A stretch of DNA of 64,000 nucleotides from Coleofasciculus sp. B1-GNL1-01 (GTDB lineage: Bacteria > Cyanobacteriota > Cyanobacteriia > Cyanobacteriales > Coleofasciculaceae), in the NCBI GenBank assembly GCA_040220235.1, contig JAVJTO010000063.1; one strand, given 5' to 3'. Below the pieces are notes generated by a model that worked only from the letters and a program-made list of their open reading frames with translations, made no database searches and had not been told where the DNA came from. Each line of letters begins with the position of its first letter. Position 1 is the stretch's first letter. The position numbers and the translations under genes were made by a program. Of this stretch, positions 29,672 to 40,767 are shown piece after piece.

Positions 29672-31036
29672 ATGAGTCAATCTACATCACCTGAAAGCAA
29701 CGACAAGGAAGTTCAGGGAATTACTAGGATTTCTGTACAGGGGTTTAAGTCTCTTTATGACGAGTGCAGTATTGAAATCCGTCCCTTAACCATTTTGGCA
29801 GGTGCGAATAGTTCCGGTAAATCCAGCATCATGCAGCCATTATTGCTGATGAAGCAAACTCTGGAAGCACCCTATGACCCTGGTGCATTGTTACTGAATG
29901 GTCCGAATGTGCGATTTACTGCTAATGAACAAATATTTTCTCAATTCAAATCAAAGAAAAATATTTGCGTATTTTCGACAAATATAGAAATAGATCAATC
30001 AAAAAGTTTACTTCAAAAATTTAAAGCCGCAAATCGGGGTAAATTAACAAATTTTGAAATTAAACATAAAGAAGGAGAAAAAGAAAACAGATTTTGGAAA
30101 GGAATGGCTCGTCAAGAAATATTGTATTTTTTGACAGAGTATTATCAAAATAAAAATGAGTCTATTGGATGGATTATACAAAACACAGGAGAAATGGTTG
30201 ACCACTTAGAATATAGCATTAATCTTGAACGTTGTTTCCTTGATTTAACCTGTAAATCTAAAATTTTTGTGAGTATAAATACCGACAAAAGTACATTGCT
30301 GGATGCCAATTTATATGATAGCCATTCTCATACAAATTTATTTAAAACCAATATTCGCAAAATGATTCATCTGCCAGGGCTAAGAGGTAATCCCGAACGG
30401 ACTTATCCTACCACAGCTATTGGCAGCGAATTTTCCGGTACTTTTGAGAATTACGTTGCCAGTATAATTAATGAATGGCAGGAATCAAATGATAAACATA
30501 TTAAGCATTTAAATAAAACCCTTGAGATAATTGGATTACCTAAAATTGAAGCTGTGCAGGTTAATGATGTACAGGTTGAATTACGGATAGGTCGTTTTAG
30601 CATTGCTGATGTTGGTATCGGTGTCTCTCAAGTTTTACCAGTTTTAGTAGCGCTTCTGGTAGCAGAACCAGGACAGTTAGTGTACATAGAACAACCCGAA
30701 CTTCACTTACATCCTCGCGCCCAAGCTGCTTTAGCGAATATACTAGCAGATGCAGCTAAACGAGGTGTGCGTGTTGTTATAGAAACTCACAGTGAATTGC
30801 TACTTTTAGCGGTTCAATCTTTAGTCGCAGAACGCCAATTATCGCCAGATTTGGTAAAATTGCACTGGTTTACACGGGGAGATGATGGGATGACGAAGGT
30901 TAGTAGTGCTGATTTAGATGAAGCGGGTGCGTTTGGAGATTTTCCTGAAGATTTTAGCGATGTATCTCTAAAACTAGAAAGCCGCTATTTAAATGCGGCT
31001 GAATCTCGTTTATCGGAAGGTTCCAGTGGTAGCTAA
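29672..31036 (+). CDS. ABC-class ATPase (AAA_15/AAA_21-like, DUF3696-like tail)
   Basis: GFKS, GANSSGKS, DVGIGVSQVLP, IEQPELHLHP, ETHS, GDFPEDF. Confidence 0.88.
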   Translation: MSQSTSPESNDKEVQGITRISVQGFKSLYDECSIEIRPLTILAGANSSGKSSIMQPLLLMKQTLEAPYDPGALLLNGPNVRFTANEQIFSQFKSKKNICVFSTNIEIDQSKSLLQKFKAANRGKLTNFEIKHKEGEKENRFWKGMARQEILYFLTEYYQNKNESIGWIIQNTGEMVDHLEYSINLERCFLDLTCKSKIFVSINTDKSTLLDANLYDSHSHTNLFKTNIRKMIHLPGLRGNPERTYPTTAIGSEFSGTFENYVASIINEWQESNDKHIKHLNKTLEIIGLPKIEAVQVNDVQVELRIGRFSIADVGIGVSQVLPVLVALLVAEPGQLVYIEQPELHLHPRAQAALANILADAAKRGVRVVIETHSELLLLAVQSLVAERQLSPDLVKLHWFTRGDDGMTKVSSADLDEAGAFGDFPEDFSDVSLKLESRYLNAAESRLSEGSSGS

Positions 31037-31586
31037 AGGGGTTTCCAAGCGACTGGTAATTGATGCGTCAGTTGCCCGTTCATCTGGCGGAGAGGATGCG
31101 ACTTATCCAACTTCAGTACATTGTCGGGATTTCTTACAAGCTGTTTTGGATATCTGCCACAAAATTGTAATGACATCAGATATTAAAGAAGAGTGGGATA
31201 AGCATCAATCAATATTTGCGCTGAGATGGCGTCGTCGAATGGTGGCTAAAGGAAAGTTTGTCTTTTTAAAAGAGGTTTCAGGCGATAAGGAGTTATGGGA
31301 TAAAATTGATCTGATTGCTGCTACGGACAAACAACGTGCAGAAATGTTCAAAGATGTACGATTACTGGAAGCCGCGATCGCGACGGATAAAACTGTGATA
31401 TCGTTGGATGATAATACAGCCAGAACATTTTTTAGTCAGGCGGCTAGTGAAATTAACGCACTCAAAGACATTGTGTGGGTAAATCCCGATAAAGTAGAAG
31501 AAGAGACACCGATTGAGTGGCTAAAAAGTGGTGCAAAACCGGAGTCTAAGCGATTACTGGCAACCTGGTGCGATCGCGTACCATAG
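31026..31586 (+). CDS. PIN-like domain protein, putative nuclease
   Basis: RLVIDASV...KDVRLLEAAIATDKTVISLDD acidic PIN pattern; GTG 31026 follows GGAAGG and overlaps the ATPase stop. Confidence 0.65.
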   Translation: MVAKGVSKRLVIDASVARSSGGEDATYPTSVHCRDFLQAVLDICHKIVMTSDIKEEWDKHQSIFALRWRRRMVAKGKFVFLKEVSGDKELWDKIDLIAATDKQRAEMFKDVRLLEAAIATDKTVISLDDNTARTFFSQAASEINALKDIVWVNPDKVEEETPIEWLKSGAKPESKRLLATWCDRVP

Positions 31587-31851
31587 ATCTAAGATTACAC
31601 CGATTAGCTAAATAGAGTCACCATATAGCCTATAGCCGGGAAATAAATTTCCGGCTAAAGTAGAGACGCGCCATGGCGCGTCTCTACAATGGTGCCGAAA
31701 GTCCTAATCGATGTGTCTACTGCTATATAATCTATATAATCTTTTTTATAGATGACAGTCCAAGTTCTAGCTTAGTTTAATCACCGCGTTGGAAGTATCT
31801 AAACCAAGCCTTTCAGACAAAGACAGCAGAAAGCATGATCGCACTGTTCTC

Positions 31852-33570
<1,719 letters not shown>

Positions 33571-33647
33571 CGCGGTTTCTCTGGCAGATGCTATGGGGCG
33601 GGTCAATTATACGGCATTTCTGCGCGATCGCACGCCCTAAAACGAGC

Positions 33648-33678
33648 AAAAAAAGAGGAGGAAACCGATGTCCTCCCC
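33648..33678 (-). terminator. Intrinsic terminator downstream of the DUF1830 gene
   Basis: Minus strand GGGGAGGA-CATCGGTT-TCCTCCTC followed by T7. Confidence 0.7.
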
Positions 33679-33771
33679 AGTCCTTATCTATTGTGGCAAC
33701 ATGAGTTTCAAACAATGTTAAGTTTTGTTTGAGAACCTATACCAATGTGCCTTCTTTATGCTATTTCTTTC

Positions 33772-34053
33772 TTAAGCTGATAGCCGAGGCTGATCAACGT
33801 CAACCTGTAACTGGCGACAGGGGATTTTTTCAATCTTGATCGCTTGACCCAGATAAGTTGATAAAACTTCGAGTTGAGCATCCGATGCCGCTTCAAACAA
33901 CAGGCGATCGCCGGGAAACACAACACGCTCAAAACTGTAAGCGCTAGGGTTACCAATCCGAATCACTTGCAGTGAGCTAGTTGTGTTGGCATAGCTACAA
34001 AGACGTTGAGCAGAAGCACTCGTCGGTTGTGAAGGAATGGCTGATATCATCAT
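33772..34053 (-). CDS. DUF1830 protein
   Basis: CSYANTTSSLQVIRI...FERVVFPGDRLLFEA. Confidence 0.88.
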   Translation of the reverse strand: MMISAIPSQPTSASAQRLCSYANTTSSLQVIRIGNPSAYSFERVVFPGDRLLFEAASDAQLEVLSTYLGQAIKIEKIPCRQLQVDVDQPRLSA

Positions 34054-34452
34054 GATGGGTCTTAGGTGTTCTTGAGTAACAAAGCGAAGGTGATTGACTC
34101 CCTCTATTTTAATTTTTACAAATTAGAGTTTAAGTTTACTAAAAACAATTGTTAAATTTACACTAAATTTTATATTTGTTGACAAAATTAAATACAAAGG
34201 GTATTGACATTTAACCTGTCAAACCCTCAGAAGCGACGAAGGATAAGCGGTTTATCATTAAACCACCTTAGTGGAATTTTGGCAACCGGAAAGCGAGAAC
34301 GGGAAACAGCCAACAGGCTATTTAATTTAAACGAATCTTCGTTCAGTCATTTTTTAGTAACATACTTATACAATTTGTCGGCAAAATCAGAGGGGATTTA
34401 TCTCCGGCGACTCTGAGATGAGAACGATTCAGACTGATATCACTTAAAAATG

Positions 34453-34998
34453 TTATGATACGCCCCGCAGTTTACGAGAATGATCCACTAAACTCTCCGC
34501 AAACTGATCTAAACGCTTTGAGAGTTTCTCATCTAAAAGCTTGCCATCCTCGCCAAAGGCTTGCCAAGCTCGACCAAAAGCAATTTGCTCTGGAATCACC
34601 CAACCATGAACCCAACGGATAATCAGCCGGAGTTCATTGAGGGCATTACTATTGGCTTGACCGCCTAAAACACTGAGCAGCCCTGTTACCTTACCCGATA
34701 AATGGTCAAATGTCATCAAATCTAGGGCATTTTTGAGTACCCCACTCACGCCCCCATGATATTCCGGTGTAACCAAAATTAAGCCATCAGCGTCCTGTAC
34801 CGTTTCCCGTAATCGGATCACATCAGGATAACCGGGATAGTCATCGCTACCGATACAAAAGGGTAACTGCATCTGTCGCAGGTCAAGAATTTCTGTGGAT
34901 GCGCCCAAGGCTTGTACACGCTGAATGGCTAAGGTTAAAGCTTGATAACTATAGGATTTAGCTCGCAGGCTACCATTAATGCCAACAATTTTTACCAT
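34453..34998 (-). CDS. NADPH-dependent FMN reductase
   Basis: GSLRAKS, TPEYHGGVSGVLKNALD; start ATG 34998. Confidence 0.9.
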   Translation of the reverse strand: MVKIVGINGSLRAKSYSYQALTLAIQRVQALGASTEILDLRQMQLPFCIGSDDYPGYPDVIRLRETVQDADGLILVTPEYHGGVSGVLKNALDLMTFDHLSGKVTGLLSVLGGQANSNALNELRLIIRWVHGWVIPEQIAFGRAWQAFGEDGKLLDEKLSKRLDQFAESLVDHSRKLRGVS

Positions 34999-35203
34999 GT
35001 CTTGCCGATGAATACTTTCTAATACAAAATACCTTAGTTCCCTGGTTCCTGACATCCCACACCCCACACGCCACACCCTGCCTACTCCTTCACTTTTCCG
35101 AAAACACGATTGCATCCTCTCCTAGCCACGGCTAGATTGGAGGAACGCTAAACTAGAGGTTGGTAAAGCAGTTGAACGTGCCGCGTCACGCCTTGGCAGC
35201 ATA

Positions 35204-37273
35204 ATGCTGCGAGTTAATAGACAGGACCAACAAGGGAAATTTTGGATGAACAACAGTTCCTGGATGAGATCATGGATGGGACAAGAACCGCGTAGAGGTT
35301 CAACAAGGAAGCCAAAACCGCCACAGAATAAACTCCGGTATTGGTGGCGTATGGTAACCAGTTTAGTGATCGTTCAAGGTGTGATGCTGGGTGTCCCTGC
35401 CCAAGCGCAACAAACGGAGCAAAAGCCATCGTTAAGCTATGGGCAGCTTTTGCGGCAAATTGATGCCTGCACGCCGCCACCCTCATCCCCAGACGAAGAG
35501 AACCCACCGAGTCAGACATCGAAAACGGATTGTGATATCGAAAAAGTTGAACTAGACCCCGCCCGTGATGTTGCCAGAGTCTACTTAGTCGGACAGGAAG
35601 ACGCCGAACCTCCTCAAGAGATCATGCTACTGGAGCAAAATGGCGAACTGATTGGCAAATTGCGGAACACCAATATTCCCTTGGATGTGACACCAACCAC
35701 GAATAATTCCGCCGCTGTAGGGTTGGTGATGCAGTTATTTTTGCTCTTACTCTTGCTCGCCGGACTGATGATGATTCTGCGCCGTTCGGCGAGTAGTTCC
35801 GGTCAAGCGTTAAACTTTGGCAAATCTCGCGCTCGCTTTCAGATGGAAGCGAAAACAGGGATACAGTTTGGGGATGTGGCGGGGATTGAAGAAGCGAAAG
35901 AAGAATTGCAAGAAGTTGTCACATTTCTCAAACAACCGGAACGGTTTACCGCCATCGGTGCGCGTATTCCCAAAGGGGTGCTGTTAGTCGGTCCTCCGGG
36001 TACAGGGAAAACGCTGCTGGCAAAAGCGATCGCGGGAGAAGCGGGAGTTCCGTTCTTTAGCATTTCGGGCAGTGAGTTTGTGGAGATGTTCGTCGGGGTA
36101 GGTGCCTCGCGAGTGCGGGATTTATTCAAAAAAGCCAAAGAAAATGCTCCCTGCTTAATCTTCATCGACGAAATTGATGCCGTGGGCAGACAACGGGGTG
36201 CGGGTATCGGTGGGGGTAACGATGAGCGAGAGCAAACCCTCAATCAGTTGCTCACAGAAATGGATGGATTTGAGGGAAATACGGGGATTATCATTATTGC
36301 GGCGACCAACCGTCCCGATGTCTTAGATTCCGCCCTGCTTAGACCGGGGCGATTTGATCGCCATGTTATGGTCGATCTACCCACCTATAACGGACGGCTG
36401 GGGATCTTGGATGTCCATAGTCGGAATAAGAAATTAGCACCAGAGATATCCTTAGAAGCGATCGCCCGACGCACTCCGGGATTTTCGGGCGCGGATTTGG
36501 CGAACCTACTTAACGAGGCGGCGATCCTCACCGCCCGACGGCGTAAAGAGGCAATCACACCTCTAGAAATTGATGATGCCATTGATCGGGTGAGCATTGG
36601 TCTGCAAATGACGCCGCTTCTGGATAGTAAGAAGAAGCGATTAATTGCTTACCATGAGGTTGGACATGCTTTGCTGATGACCATCCTGAAAAATTCTGAT
36701 CCCTTAAATAAGGTGACAATTTTGCCCCGTTCCGGTGGTGTGGGTGGGTTTGCCCAACCCTTACCCAATGAGGAATTTATGGATATCAGTCGCTCTACGG
36801 ATCTGGGTGATTTGTACTTGCCCCGGACGTGGCTGATTGATCAGATTACCATCGCTTTAGGGGGGCGGGCGTCGGAAGAAGAAGTCTTTGGTCATAGTGA
36901 AGTGACTATTGGTGCCGCCAGTGATATTAAGAAAGTGGCAGAACTGGCGCGTGAGATGGTGACTCGCTACGGAATGTCTGATTTAGGTCCGGTTGCTCTG
37001 GAACGCCCGGATAGCGAAGTGTTTCTCGGCGGTGGTTGGACACAGCGATCGGACTATTCCGAAGAAGTTGCCGCTAAAATCGATCATCGAGTTCAAGCGA
37101 TCGCGATGCAATGCTATGAACAAGCGCGTCAGCTAATTCGCGACAATCGACCGTTGATTGATCGCTTAGTGGACATTTTGTTGGAACAGGAAACCATTGA
37201 AGGGGAGCAATTCCGACAAATTGTTGCCGAACACACCCAACTGCCAGAAAAACAAATGGCGGTGATACATTAG
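35204..37273 (+). CDS. ftsH: ATP-dependent zinc metalloprotease FtsH
   Basis: [25 protein letters not shown]; start uncertain. Confidence 0.95.
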   Translation: MLRVNRQDQQGKFWMNNSSWMRSWMGQEPRRGSTRKPKPPQNKLRYWWRMVTSLVIVQGVMLGVPAQAQQTEQKPSLSYGQLLRQIDACTPPPSSPDEENPPSQTSKTDCDIEKVELDPARDVARVYLVGQEDAEPPQEIMLLEQNGELIGKLRNTNIPLDVTPTTNNSAAVGLVMQLFLLLLLLAGLMMILRRSASSSGQALNFGKSRARFQMEAKTGIQFGDVAGIEEAKEELQEVVTFLKQPERFTAIGARIPKGVLLVGPPGTGKTLLAKAIAGEAGVPFFSISGSEFVEMFVGVGASRVRDLFKKAKENAPCLIFIDEIDAVGRQRGAGIGGGNDEREQTLNQLLTEMDGFEGNTGIIIIAATNRPDVLDSALLRPGRFDRHVMVDLPTYNGRLGILDVHSRNKKLAPEISLEAIARRTPGFSGADLANLLNEAAILTARRRKEAITPLEIDDAIDRVSIGLQMTPLLDSKKKRLIAYHEVGHALLMTILKNSDPLNKVTILPRSGGVGGFAQPLPNEEFMDISRSTDLGDLYLPRTWLIDQITIALGGRASEEEVFGHSEVTIGAASDIKKVAELAREMVTRYGMSDLGPVALERPDSEVFLGGGWTQRSDYSEEVAAKIDHRVQAIAMQCYEQARQLIRDNRPLIDRLVDILLEQETIEGEQFRQIVAEHTQLPEKQMAVIH

Positions 37274-37372
37274 GAAGGCAAAAAGGAAAGCAGAAGGCAG
37301 AAGGCTGTAAGGTTGATGTCTTATGCTTTTTCGTCTAAGTAGGTTGGTGGAAATAAACTTAACTAGATTAAA

Positions 37373-37672
37373 TAAGCTGTTCGGCGTTTAAACCTTAATG
37401 TCAAGCATGGCAAAATCCTTGTAGTGCGAGCATCTTGCTCGCTACTAATTCCCAATTTACAGCGCTTTTCACGTTTACAGCGTTTTCCATGCTGGTGAGG
37501 TACATTGAGAATAAGACTTTTGCACTCACAGAGGCTAACCTCGTCTTGTTACTGTACCTCACTAGACTGAGAAATGCTGTATGGAATACAAAATTGTATC
37601 GGCTTGCTTTTCAGCGCAATGATCGTCTGTAGTCTACTAACTTGAAAACTGCTGTAAATGCATGACAGTTTA
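37373..37672. mobile_element. Three-level nested MITE-like elements
   Basis: Family A shell, middle element 37458-37656, inner element 37476-37581; each inverted-repeat bounded and TA-flanked. Confidence 0.8.
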
Positions 37673-37746
37673 CAGATTGAGGTATATCTTCAGCAAAAGA
37701 AATACCCGCCTGGTTCAATTTTTGCTGACTCGGTTGGGAAATTCGG

Positions 37747-40080
37747 TTAGTGCTGACACGTCGCTAGGGAAACCACTGAATCCGGGAAGCGACGACTTAA
37801 TACGGGTAACACAGGACAAGGCTTTTTTATCTGCAAATTATCTGAAGCTTGTCCACTGAAGGTATTCCAGCGAAAGGGTCCTTTTTGTGCCGCCGACATC
37901 CATAAAAGTCGTTTAGCGCGGGTCATGGCAACATATAATAACCGATATTCTTCGGCGGTTTTGAGTTGTCCCGCTTTCTCCCAGGCTTCTAAGGCTGTGG
38001 GTAGGGGGTGTTCGTGCAAACTGGCGCGAATTTGCGCCCGGGCGACTTCAGCTAAGGTGAAATCGCCTAAGAATTGGGCGGCGGTGGGTACCCAAGGATT
38101 ACCGGGAATGGTGTCTTCGTGGAGAAAGGGGAGAAATACGTAGTCCCAATCTAAGCCTTTGGCTTTGTGCATGGTGATGATGGTGAGTTGACGGTGACGT
38201 AGATAGCGAGAGTCTGCGTTGTCGGTTTCGACGGGTTCAAATCGTTCCGAGGAGACAATTTCACTTAAGGCGGCTAAGGTAGCAGGCATGGCGCTGCTAC
38301 TATAGGTTTGTTTGACCACTCGTTCCGCTAATTTATCGGCTGTGGCGAGTTCTGATTGGTCGTATTTTAAGGTGAGGGCTAAGAAGGAAATAAGCTGATA
38401 ATGGGGTAATTCTAGACGCGCCCGTAAGAGACTACGACAATATCTGGCGGCTTGACTGACTCCAGGGGATTGAGTGGGGTCAAGGGGTCCAGGATAGAGG
38501 AATTGTTCGGGATAGGTGGCGAGGGCGTTTAAGTCTTGGGTGGGAATCAGTTGGCGTTTAACCAGAACGTCTAATGCGGCTTTTAGGTAGTCGGGAGAAT
38601 GGGGACGGTCGATAAATTGCAATAATGCCAGTATTTCAATGGGAATGTGGGAATGGCGATCGCTCCCTTGCACATCATACACGTCAATCCCATGCTGGCG
38701 TTTGAGATAGTCGAGTTTCTGGGCGATAAAATTACCTTGGCGATTTTCCCGGACTAAGACGGCGGCGTTATGGTCTGGGTTGCGGGTAAATAGGTCTATT
38801 ACTCGTTGTCCCAACAATTCTACCGTTTGATAAATATCACTGGGTTGATAGATTTCTAACCCTCTCCCCTCTGGCTGGGGATTGGCGTCAGTTTGGGGGT
38901 CATCGGGGGGTACGGGGTGGATGGTTTGGGGACGAAAGGGACGAGTGGATTCATCCTGGTTTTGCGTATAGGTTTGATTCACCCAATTGAGGATAAAATT
39001 AGCCGCATTAATAATAATCGGTGTACTACGACCCGCTTGATCCATGGTAGCTAGGCGCTGTTGTTCCTGGCATTGGGTACAAAAGCGATTAAAATAAATG
39101 GGGTCAGCGGGAGTAAAGGTGGAGTTAATCGCTTGATTTGGGTCACCCACCCGGATTAAATTGAGGGGACTGTAAGGATTACTGGGATCAGCGGCTAGGG
39201 TTTGTAATAAGCGATATTGGAGGGGACTCGAATCCTGTGCCTCGTCTTCAAAGACGGCAAAGAATTGCCTCTGCCACAGTTGACGCACGGTGTTATCGTC
39301 TAGCACTCGCAACGCTGCCAGAATCATATCATCATAATCAATAAAGTCTCGCGATCGCGTCACTCGTTGATACTGTTCGTATAATCCGGCTGCGATCGCT
39401 AATATGTCATAAGGGTCATTGGTTTGTTGACTGATTACCCATAAGTCTTCCGGTAATAATCCCGAACTTTTGGCTTCGTGAATCACGGTATAGGCTAAAG
39501 ACGGTAACACTTCGGTTCGCAATACCGATTGTCGCCGCAATCGTTCCGTTTCTTCCCCATCAAAACTAACTCCTTCCAATAAAGTAGAATAGCGGCGCGG
39601 ATTCGAGGCAATCCACTGTTCTACACAAGCGCGAATTAGGCGGTGGCTTTGATTCGGGGTGACAACGGTTAGTGTATCTAAATTAATCCCCGATAAATCC
39701 GGATGGCGGTTGGCAATATTGAGGGCTAATCCATGCAGCGTATAGACGACAAAACTATTTTGGGGTAAGCGTAGCGGTTTGAGGTACTCGCGAATTTTGC
39801 CCTTAATTGAAGCCGCCGCCGATCGCGTAAACGTAACCACGACTAATTGTCGTTTACCATGAAGTTGATATCGTGCGATCGCAATAGCCGCCGCAACAGC
39901 CATTCCCGTAGACTTCCCCGCACCCGGTACCGCTGACACCGCCAGAGAACCCCCCTGCCAATCTGCCATCGGTTGTTGTCCCTGACGTAAGCTATTCCGC
40001 AGGCGTTGCAATTCCTGTTCCCTGAAAGCAGTGAGGGACAGTTGTACAGTATTTTGACTGGTGTTGGAATGATCTGGCAT
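37747..40080 (-). CDS. UvrD/REP-family ATP-dependent helicase
   Basis: AVPGAGKS, TFT, EDEAQD, GDPNQAI, TMHKAKGLDW, RLLYVAMTRAK. Confidence 0.92.
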   Translation of the reverse strand: MPDHSNTSQNTVQLSLTAFREQELQRLRNSLRQGQQPMADWQGGSLAVSAVPGAGKSTGMAVAAAIAIARYQLHGKRQLVVVTFTRSAAASIKGKIREYLKPLRLPQNSFVVYTLHGLALNIANRHPDLSGINLDTLTVVTPNQSHRLIRACVEQWIASNPRRYSTLLEGVSFDGEETERLRRQSVLRTEVLPSLAYTVIHEAKSSGLLPEDLWVISQQTNDPYDILAIAAGLYEQYQRVTRSRDFIDYDDMILAALRVLDDNTVRQLWQRQFFAVFEDEAQDSSPLQYRLLQTLAADPSNPYSPLNLIRVGDPNQAINSTFTPADPIYFNRFCTQCQEQQRLATMDQAGRSTPIIINAANFILNWVNQTYTQNQDESTRPFRPQTIHPVPPDDPQTDANPQPEGRGLEIYQPSDIYQTVELLGQRVIDLFTRNPDHNAAVLVRENRQGNFIAQKLDYLKRQHGIDVYDVQGSDRHSHIPIEILALLQFIDRPHSPDYLKAALDVLVKRQLIPTQDLNALATYPEQFLYPGPLDPTQSPGVSQAARYCRSLLRARLELPHYQLISFLALTLKYDQSELATADKLAERVVKQTYSSSAMPATLAALSEIVSSERFEPVETDNADSRYLRHRQLTIITMHKAKGLDWDYVFLPFLHEDTIPGNPWVPTAAQFLGDFTLAEVARAQIRASLHEHPLPTALEAWEKAGQLKTAEEYRLLYVAMTRAKRLLWMSAAQKGPFRWNTFSGQASDNLQIKKPCPVLPVLSRRFPDSVVSLATCQH

Positions 40081-40287
40081 TGTTTCGGGGAAACGTGATC
40101 AGGATTGAATATTTTTATCGCTTTCTTGTCACTCTGGGAAAAGAACCGTCAAAGCTGATTGCTGAAAGCCATGATTACTAGGCATTGGGACGTTGAGAAA
40201 CTGATAGAAATTCATGTTTTAGGGGAGAATTGCCAAACTCTATCATAGTAAGGGTATTATGCTTGGCTCTTCCGAAAGTGACAATAA

Positions 40288-40378
40288 TAGGACTTACGCA
40301 AAGGCTCTATATGTAGGGTGTGTTAGCGTAGCGTAACGCACCATTGCCATTATAGTTGGCGTAGCTGCGTAAGTTCTG
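40288..40378. mobile_element. MITE-like element (AGGACTTACGCA...TGCGTAAGTTCT) with an internal GTAG palindrome
   Basis: 12-bp imperfect terminal inverted repeat. Confidence 0.65.
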
Positions 40379-40443
40379 AATAAGAGCGTTAGTCTACAGG
40401 CTTTAGTCAGTAACAGTCTAGTAATTCCGAGGAGACAGATGAA

Positions 40444-40764
40444 ATGACCTTTGCCGAATCCCGCAGTGACACGGTTCCAGTTGAGCTTCCCAATGGGGCG
40501 ATCGCTTTCTTTGAGGTGACAACCACGGGGCGAGAGGATGTCAGCTTTGACTCAAAGCAGTTTCAGCCTGTCGCTGATGCAATTGAAGGTGTGGTTCAGA
40601 TGATAGCTACACCCCTGAAAAAAGTCAAACCCAAGAAGGCGACGGTAAAATTTGGCATGGAAATGGCAATCGAGTCTGGACAATTGACAGCGGTAATTGT
40701 CAAAGGATCGGGTAAAGCGAATCTGGAAATTACGTTGGAATGGGAAGCTCAATCTAAAGCTTAA
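40444..40764 (+). CDS. Trypco1 (CU044_2847-like) trypsin co-occurring protein
   Basis: GREDV...PKKATVKFGMEMAIESGQLTAVIVKGSGKANLEITLEW; 3 nt from a trypsin gene. Confidence 0.85.
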   Translation: MTFAESRSDTVPVELPNGAIAFFEVTTTGREDVSFDSKQFQPVADAIEGVVQMIATPLKKVKPKKATVKFGMEMAIESGQLTAVIVKGSGKANLEITLEWEAQSKA

Positions 40765-40767
40765 ATA

